From assembly GCA_963662795.1 (NCBI GenBank), contig OY759746.1, positions 1,440,001-1,504,000 of the forward strand: a stretch of 64,000 nt of DNA, written 5' to 3'. Positions 58,299-64,000 of this stretch are shown here, piece after piece (position 1 is the first letter of the stretch; each line of letters begins with the position of its first letter). The notes beneath the pieces are model-generated. The model was not told the origin of the DNA. It made no database searches and was given only the letters and a program-made list of their open reading frames with translations. This DNA comes from Spirochaetia bacterium. GTDB lineage: Bacteria; Spirochaetota; Spirochaetia; CADAEX01. The translations under genes and the position numbers were made by a program.

Positions 58299-60151
58299 GT
58301 GTGGGCTGATGAAGTGTGAGCAGATAATTTGCCGGCAGGTAAAGGGTGAGCCGGAATAAGCGATTCCCTTCTGCTTCCTATAAGATCGGTTCTTCCCGCC
58401 TTTTCAAGCGCCTTTCTTACCAGCTGATAGTTTTCCGGTTTGTGAAAATGAATCAAAGCTTTCTGCATTCTCTTTTCTTCGTCTGTCGAGGGAATATAAA
58501 CCTTTTTCATTGTAAGCGGATCAAATCCGGTATAATACATGCATGTAGAAAGCGTTCCCGGTGTAGGATAGAAATCCTGCACCTGATCCGGGATAAACCC
58601 GCTTTTCTTAAGATAAATGGCAAGTTCAATTGCATCCTCAAGTGTTGATCCGGGGTGGGATGATATGAAGTAGGGAACCAGAAACTGCTTTTTCCCTTCT
58701 TTCCTGTTCTCTTCATTAAATCGCGAAACAAATTCCTCGTATACCTTTGCAGGAGGTTTCCCCATCAGTGCAAGCACCCTGTCAGAGACATGTTCCGGCG
58801 CAATTTTAAGCTGTCCGCTGATGTGGTGAGAGCAAAGCTCTTCAAGGAAATTGCCCTTCCTGCCGGAGGCTACATCCGGGTCAAGAAGAAGATAGTCAAA
58901 CCTTATGCCGGACCTGATAAATACTTTTTTGACATTTTCCACTTTCCTGAGCTTCCGCAGGAGTGCAATATAGTCCCTGTGGTCTGCGTCAAGGTTTTTG
59001 CAGGGAAGGGGGGTAAGGCATCTTCTTTCACAGCATCCTTTTTTCATTTGCATTTTGCATGAAGGATTTCTGAAATTTGCCGTAGGCCCTCCGACATCAT
59101 GAATGTATCCCTTGAAATCTGATGCCGATGTAATAGCCTCAGCTTCCGCAATAATGGACTGGTGGCTTCTGCTCCTCACCCCTTTTCCCTGGTGGAAGGT
59201 GATGGAACAGAAGCTGCAGCTGCCGAAGCAGCCACGCGAACTTGTTATGCTGAACTTTATTTCCTTAAGAGCCGGTATTCCCCCTGCCCCGTCATAGACC
59301 GGATGGGCTTCCCTCGTATAGGGAAGAGCGTATACTTTGTCAAGCTCTTCCCTTTCAAGGGGAAATGCAGGTTTGTTCTGAATTATAAACTGCTCCCCGG
59401 TTTTTTCTGCAAGGACAGAAGCGGTAACCGGATCAGTATTTCTGTAAGCTGCCGCGTAGTTTTCGGCGAAAAGCTGTTTACTGCCTGCAGTTTCTTCATA
59501 AGAGTGAAGCACTGTTAAATCTTTCAGAGACGGCAATTGAGAGGTTCTGAATACTGTCCCCCTTATATCTGTAAGCGATTTTACGGTTTCTCCCGCGGCA
59601 AGTCTTTCCGCTATTTCCAGTATTGCTGTTTCCCCCATCCCGTAAACAAGAAGGTCTGCCTTGGAATCCGCAAGGATGCTTCTTCTAAGACTTCCGCTCC
59701 AGTAATCATAATGGGCAAGCCTCCTGAGCGATGCCTCAAGTCCGCCCAGAATTACAGCTGTGTCTTTATAAGCTTCCCTGATTCGGGCTGTGTAGGGAAT
59801 CAGTGCCCTGTCCGGGCGCAGTCCTGCTTTCCCTCCGGGAGAATAAAGATCGTCTCTTCTTTTTCTTTTAAAGGAAGTGTAATGGGCAACCATTGAATCT
59901 ATGTTTCCCGAAGTGACAAGAAATCCAAGCTCCGGACGGCCCATTATTTTAAAAGATTCGGGCCCTTCTCTCCACTGCGGCTGGGCAATTATTCCAACCC
60001 TGTATCCCCTGTCCTCAAGAACGCGGGAGATTACAGATGCTCCGAATGAAGGATGGTCCGCATATGCGTCACCCGTCACGAGAATAAAGTCAAGCTTTTT
60101 CCATCCTCTTTCATCCATCCCGTTCCTGTTAACCGGAAGAAATTTATTCAT
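58208..60151 (-). CDS. YgiQ/UPF0313-family radical SAM protein
   Basis: GDAYADHPSFG, RGCFGSCSFC, DVGGPTAN, QVQDFYPTP; ATG at 60151 (MNKFLP) preferred over 60205. Confidence 0.9.
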   Translation of the reverse strand: MNKFLPVNRNGMDERGWKKLDFILVTGDAYADHPSFGASVISRVLEDRGYRVGIIAQPQWREGPESFKIMGRPELGFLVTSGNIDSMVAHYTSFKRKRRDDLYSPGGKAGLRPDRALIPYTARIREAYKDTAVILGGLEASLRRLAHYDYWSGSLRRSILADSKADLLVYGMGETAILEIAERLAAGETVKSLTDIRGTVFRTSQLPSLKDLTVLHSYEETAGSKQLFAENYAAAYRNTDPVTASVLAEKTGEQFIIQNKPAFPLEREELDKVYALPYTREAHPVYDGAGGIPALKEIKFSITSSRGCFGSCSFCSITFHQGKGVRSRSHQSIIAEAEAITSASDFKGYIHDVGGPTANFRNPSCKMQMKKGCCERRCLTPLPCKNLDADHRDYIALLRKLRKVENVKKVFIRSGIRFDYLLLDPDVASGRKGNFLEELCSHHISGQLKIAPEHVSDRVLALMGKPPAKVYEEFVSRFNEENRKEGKKQFLVPYFISSHPGSTLEDAIELAIYLKKSGFIPDQVQDFYPTPGTLSTCMYYTGFDPLTMKKVYIPSTDEEKRMQKALIHFHKPENYQLVRKALEKAGRTDLIGSRRESLIPAHPLPAGKLSAHTSSAHTQVRSSTFKTNPPKSFSSDKTHSSRSKRGK

Positions 60152-60231
60152 ATATAAGTGATACGGTTTAAAAAAATAAAAGTCAATTTGCTGATAACCC
60201 GTCATTACCTGTATCAGTTCCTAAAAAGAAA

Positions 60232-60260
60232 TTGACTTATGCTTTTTTTGTTAGTATGAT
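60232..60260 (+). promoter_or_regulatory. Sigma70-type promoter of the glycoside hydrolase gene
   Basis: TTGACT-17 bp-TATGAT. Confidence 0.55.
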
Positions 60261-60376
60261 AGGGATGTATCCCCATTTTATTAACATTTGTAATATAATA
60301 TATAATAAATATAGTAAGTATCACATTTTATTAATTAATAGATGATATAGTTATGCTCTTACTGTGAGGAGTTGAG

Positions 60377-61798
60377 GTGATCAAAACCGGTTTTCCAATT
60401 GTACATTTTTACGATCAGGACTTCGTTGATATATATAACAAAACCTGGACATGGTTATATGATTTCTGGAAAAAAGGGACAAAAAAAAACGGTTTTCAGC
60501 AAAAATATTATAATTTTCAGGGAAATGATATTATAAGCCAGTATGAAGCGTGCCTTTCCACTTTTTTTCTTGTTTACAGCAATAATATTTTCCAGCCTTT
60601 TACAGCGCTTGACAATTTTTACGCGAGGCAGGAAGAATCAGGCGCAATAAGGGGGCTATACAGGGAAGAAGACGGCACTCCGGTTTTTAGCGAAGACAAC
60701 CCTGAATGTGTCCACCCGCCGCTTTTTTCATGGGCGGAATACAACCTCTACCACAAGATAGGGCAAAAAAAAAGGGTAAAAGATGTAATTCCTGTCCTGG
60801 AAAGATATTACAGCTGGCTTGAAGATACTTTTCAGAAAGAAAACGGTTTATACGAAACTCCGCTCTCATCTGTTGTAATGGGCAATACCCCGAGGGAAAA
60901 GGGGTGCTATCTTGTTGATTTCAATACAATGCAGGCTGTAAACGCGCTTTATCTTTCCGCTCTTGGTGATATACTGAACGACAAGGAAGTGAGCTTCCGA
61001 TACAAGAAAAAATATTTTTCCCTGAAAACAAGAATCAATTCCCTGATGTGGAATGAGGAAGACGGTTTTTATTATGATCTTGATAAAGATGAAAATTTTG
61101 TAAGGGTAAAAACCATTGCTTCCTACTGGACCCTGCTTGCAGAGATTCCAAATGAAGACAAGGCGAATGCAATGATAGCTAAACTTTCAGGAGACGACTT
61201 CGGTACTGAAAACCCTTTTCCTTCACTGTCTGTCGAATCGCCTTTATTCAGTGAAGACGGCAACGGATTCAGGGGATCTGTTTATCCCCACATGACTTTC
61301 ATGGTTGTAAAGGGACTTGAGAAATACGCGAGAAATGATCTTGCGAGGGAATGCTCCATAAGACATCTATATTACATCCTTGATACACTTCATCCGGAGG
61401 ACGACAAGAAAGGGAATATATATGAAGCCTATCTTCCGCTTAAGGAAGGGGCTGCGAAATCTGAAGAAGGGGATACTGATTTCCCGAGAGAAAATTTTCT
61501 GACCTACACCGCTTTAAGCACTATAACACTCATGATTGAAAATGTAATAGGCCTTTATATCAGTCTGCCCCGAAAAACTGTTGACTGGATTATTCCAACG
61601 CTTGAGATTATGGGGATAGAAGATCTGTCCCTTAAAAGAAACATGATTACAATACTCGGCAACAAGAGCGGGCGGGGCTGGGAAATAAGGCTTGAGTCGG
61701 AGAAGCTTTATTATTTTACAATCAATATTATGGGACTGAAGAAGAAAACCCTTCCCATTCCATCCGGCAAATGTTCCATGCTTATCGAAAAACTCTGA
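60377..61798 (+). CDS. Trehalase-like / MGH1-like (alpha/alpha)6 glycoside hydrolase
   Basis: HPPLFSWAE, MWNEEDGFYYD, RGSVYP, IYEAY; GTG start with GAGGAG. Confidence 0.7.
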   Translation: MIKTGFPIVHFYDQDFVDIYNKTWTWLYDFWKKGTKKNGFQQKYYNFQGNDIISQYEACLSTFFLVYSNNIFQPFTALDNFYARQEESGAIRGLYREEDGTPVFSEDNPECVHPPLFSWAEYNLYHKIGQKKRVKDVIPVLERYYSWLEDTFQKENGLYETPLSSVVMGNTPREKGCYLVDFNTMQAVNALYLSALGDILNDKEVSFRYKKKYFSLKTRINSLMWNEEDGFYYDLDKDENFVRVKTIASYWTLLAEIPNEDKANAMIAKLSGDDFGTENPFPSLSVESPLFSEDGNGFRGSVYPHMTFMVVKGLEKYARNDLARECSIRHLYYILDTLHPEDDKKGNIYEAYLPLKEGAAKSEEGDTDFPRENFLTYTALSTITLMIENVIGLYISLPRKTVDWIIPTLEIMGIEDLSLKRNMITILGNKSGRGWEIRLESEKLYYFTINIMGLKKKTLPIPSGKCSMLIEKL

Positions 61799-61823
61799 CA
61801 TACGCGGTCACAATCATCAGCAT

Positions 61824-61891
61824 AAATTAATAAAAAAACAGGGCAGTTCAGATTTTAATCTTCTGAAGAATACCCTGTTTTTATTTAATTT
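61824..61891. terminator. Bidirectional intrinsic terminator between convergent genes
   Basis: AAAAACAGGG…CCCTGTTTTT arms with inner TTCAGA/TCTGAA stem and A/T tails. Confidence 0.6.
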
Positions 61892-61899
61892 TTTATTTC

Positions 61900-62574
61900 T
61901 CAGACAATCTTTCCAAGAAGAACTGCTGATACTTCCTTTACCCCGCCGCTTCCGTCAAGTTCTATATAACTGATACCTTCGGCAGCCGCAATTTTCTTGA
62001 AATAGTATGCAGCCGCGAGCGTTCCGTTGCCCTTGTCATAATAAATATCGTGTCTTTTGTTAATGGCGTTTGAATCCTGGTCATCGGCCCTTGTCGAAAG
62101 AGCGCCGCCGCATACCCTGCACTTGTCCCCGTCCGGTTTTACAGCTTCGAAGTAAATATTGTTGGGGTGATTGTTGTCATTTTCACAGAGTCTTCTTCCC
62201 ATTATTCTTTTTCTCGCCAGTTCCCTGTCCAGCAGCAGTTCAATGACATAATCAAGCTTTATGCCTGATTGTTTAAGGGCTTCAGCAAGTTTTATGGACT
62301 GGATCTTGTTTCTGGGAAACCCGTCAAGCAGCCAGCCTTTTTTGCAGTCATCATCTTTAAGACGGCTGAGTATCATTGGTATTGTAATCTCATCAGGGAC
62401 AAGATCTCCATTGTCGATAAACCCTTTTGCCTTTTTCCCAAGTTCAGTTCCCGCTTTGATGTTTTCCCTGAAGATAACACCGGATTCAATATGGGCAATT
62501 TTATACTTTTCCTTAACGATAGACCCCATTGTCCCTTTACCGCTTCCGTTGGGGCCGAAAATTAAAATATTCAT
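61900..62574 (-). CDS. adk: Adenylate kinase, metal-binding LID type
   Basis: GPNGSGKGT, GDLVPD, LLDGFPR, LID C-X5-H-X15-C-X2-C. Confidence 0.95.
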   Translation of the reverse strand: MNILIFGPNGSGKGTMGSIVKEKYKIAHIESGVIFRENIKAGTELGKKAKGFIDNGDLVPDEITIPMILSRLKDDDCKKGWLLDGFPRNKIQSIKLAEALKQSGIKLDYVIELLLDRELARKRIMGRRLCENDNNHPNNIYFEAVKPDGDKCRVCGGALSTRADDQDSNAINKRHDIYYDKGNGTLAAAYYFKKIAAAEGISYIELDGSGGVKEVSAVLLGKIV

Positions 62575-62662
62575 AATTACTCTCCTTCTGCTGTATTAAT
62601 TTACCAATATAGCATTATATGGAAAAAAAATCAGGCAATAATAAGCGGATTTGATTACTTTA

Positions 62663-62691
62663 TTGACTTACTATTTTAATCAAACTATTAT
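62663..62691 (+). promoter_or_regulatory. Sigma70-type promoter upstream of the receiver-PP2C gene
   Basis: TTGACT-17 bp-TATTAT. Confidence 0.55.
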
Positions 62692-62775
62692 GAATTTTAT
62701 GGATACCTTAAAAAAAGTGTTTTTTTCGTTTCCGGAAAAAATAATTCTTTACGCCTTTGGCGATCGCGAAGCGTA

Positions 62776-62862
62776 TCCTGTAAGCCCCGGATTTTACAAA
62801 TCCGGGGTAAAGGGCCCAGCCGAACCGAAGGATGGAGGACCCCTATACCGTGCCTTACAGGA
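62776..62862 (+). promoter_or_regulatory. Structured 5' leader (multi-stem) overlapping the SD sequence
   Basis: TCCTGTAAG/CTTACAGGA outer stem; CCCCGGATTT/AAATCCGGGG inner hairpin. Confidence 0.45.
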
Positions 62863-62872
62863 GAAATTATAG

Positions 62873-64000
62873 TTGGCGCAGGACGATTTACTTGTTTTTG
62901 CAGATGAAGAAGAAGCTGTTGCAGAAGTTACAACTGATTTCTGGAACATTCTTATAATCGATGATGAACCTCATGTCCATCAGGTTACAAGAATGGTCCT
63001 CCGCGACCTGGTTTACAACAATAAAAAAATCAAATTCCACAGCGCTTTTTCTGCAGAAGAAGCAAAAACCATACTCAAACAGGATATAGTATTTTCACTT
63101 GCGCTGGTTGATGTTGTAATGGAGGAAGATGACTCAGGTCTTAAACTTGTTGAATATATAAGAAAAGACCTTGCAGAGTACAAGCTGAGGCTTATACTCA
63201 GAACAGGGCAGCCCGGATTTGCTCCTGAAAAAGAGGTAATTATCAATTATGACATTAACGATTATAAGGAAAAAACCGAACTTTCCGCCCAGAAACTTAC
63301 TACCTCTGTAATTTCCGCGCTCAGGAACTATGAGCATATTGATGCAGTTTCAACACTTAACAACGAACTTGAAAAAAAAGTTGCTGACAGGGTAGCTGAT
63401 CTGAATGAAGCCAATAAAAAGCTGAAAAACATGCTTGAAGCGCTTCAGGAGGACCAGGAAGCCGGAAGAATCATGCAGCAGAAGCTTCTCCCTGAACAGG
63501 AAAAAAAGATCCAGGGTTATGTATTTAAAAGCAGATTTTACCCGTCAATGACTTTAAGCGGCGACTTTCTTGATTATTTCGAAATCAATGAAAAATATCT
63601 GGGATTTTATATTGCCGATGTTTCAGGACACGGGGTTTCCTCAGCTATTGTAACTGTACTTCTTAAAAATTTCATTGATAATGCGCTTGAGAAATTCTGG
63701 ATAGAAGGGGATCAGATGATCCTTAAGCCGGATGCGGTCTGCAAAAGGCTTAACGAAGAACTTTTAAGGGAAAAACTCGACAAATATCTTACTATTTTTT
63801 ACGGTATAATTAATACATCGGACAACAGGATGTGTTACATCAACTGCGGACAGTTCCCCTATCCTTTTATGATTTCTCCGCGCGACGGGGTCAAAGTAAT
63901 CGGGGGGAAAGGAACGCCTGTCGGGCTTTTTAAAAAACCGGTATTCAGGGTATGTGAAGAGATGCTTGCTGAAGATTTCAGAATGGTAATGTTTTCTGAC
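62873..64000 (+). CDS. Response-regulator receiver + coiled coil + PP2C/SpoIIE phosphatase (RsbU-like); 3'-truncated, absent from the ORF track
   Basis: TTG start after AGGAG; ILIIDDE, DVVME, RTGQPG; SGDFLDY, IADVSGHG, MFSD. Confidence 0.88.
   Translation, partial: MAQDDLLVFADEEEAVAEVTTDFWNILIIDDEPHVHQVTRMVLRDLVYNNKKIKFHSAFSAEEAKTILKQDIVFSLALVDVVMEEDDSGLKLVEYIRKDLAEYKLRLILRTGQPGFAPEKEVIINYDINDYKEKTELSAQKLTTSVISALRNYEHIDAVSTLNNELEKKVADRVADLNEANKKLKNMLEALQEDQEAGRIMQQKLLPEQEKKIQGYVFKSRFYPSMTLSGDFLDYFEINEKYLGFYIADVSGHGVSSAIVTVLLKNFIDNALEKFWIEGDQMILKPDAVCKRLNEELLREKLDKYLTIFYGIINTSDNRMCYINCGQFPYPFMISPRDGVKVIGGKGTPVGLFKKPVFRVCEEMLAEDFRMVMFSD

Noticed and set aside
62651-62872. 73-aa ORF in frame with the receiver-PP2C gene, separated only by TAG (possible amber read-through)
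   Set aside because: Its start overlaps the predicted promoter, it has no recognisable domain, and the downstream TTG has its own SD. No recoding machinery is visible in the window.
243-63337. Many short alternative-frame and antisense ORFs in the track (e.g. 28325..28813, 32832..33341, 51216..51692)
   Set aside because: They shadow well-supported genes and lack SD sequences and domain motifs.
1-64000. CRISPR arrays, tRNA/rRNA genes, transposases, integrases, phage genes
   Set aside because: None recognised by eye; no covariance-model scan was possible.

Overview
Bacterial chromosomal segment, most likely a spirochaete (inferred from the spirochaete-type STAS/Zn-ribbon anti-anti-sigma factor, the Asp-type MurA and the cytidylyltransferase-PEP-mutase fusion). 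Positions 1-46.8 kb hold a large, mosaic surface-glycan locus. It encodes UDP-ManNAc and probable L-QuiNAc synthesis, many glycosyltransferases, three LicD-like and three TagB/F-like phosphotransferases, three cytidylyltransferase domains, two sulfotransferase-fold proteins, a Wzi-like barrel and an embedded LolCDE/LolA-like ABC system. Housekeeping genes follow (thrC, aspartokinase, murA, thyA, folA, YgiQ-type radical SAM, glycoside hydrolase, adk, partial receiver-PP2C gene). The best candidate for an undescribed system is a module present twice, once split (13.1-16.9 kb) and once fused (41.2-45.8 kb). It joins a YidC-like membrane domain lacking the groove Arg, an LTA-synthase/sulfatase-fold transferase and a TagB/F-like enzyme with a YxDPGxGSML anchor, with a cytidylyltransferase directly after the fused copy. 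Other notable items: a degenerate PEP mutase, a DnaA-box cluster with no dnaA in the window, a divergent LptF/G-like pair, ATT/ATC start codons, leaderless-gene candidates and a structured SD-sequestering leader. All calls come from motif reading by eye; no database searches were run.
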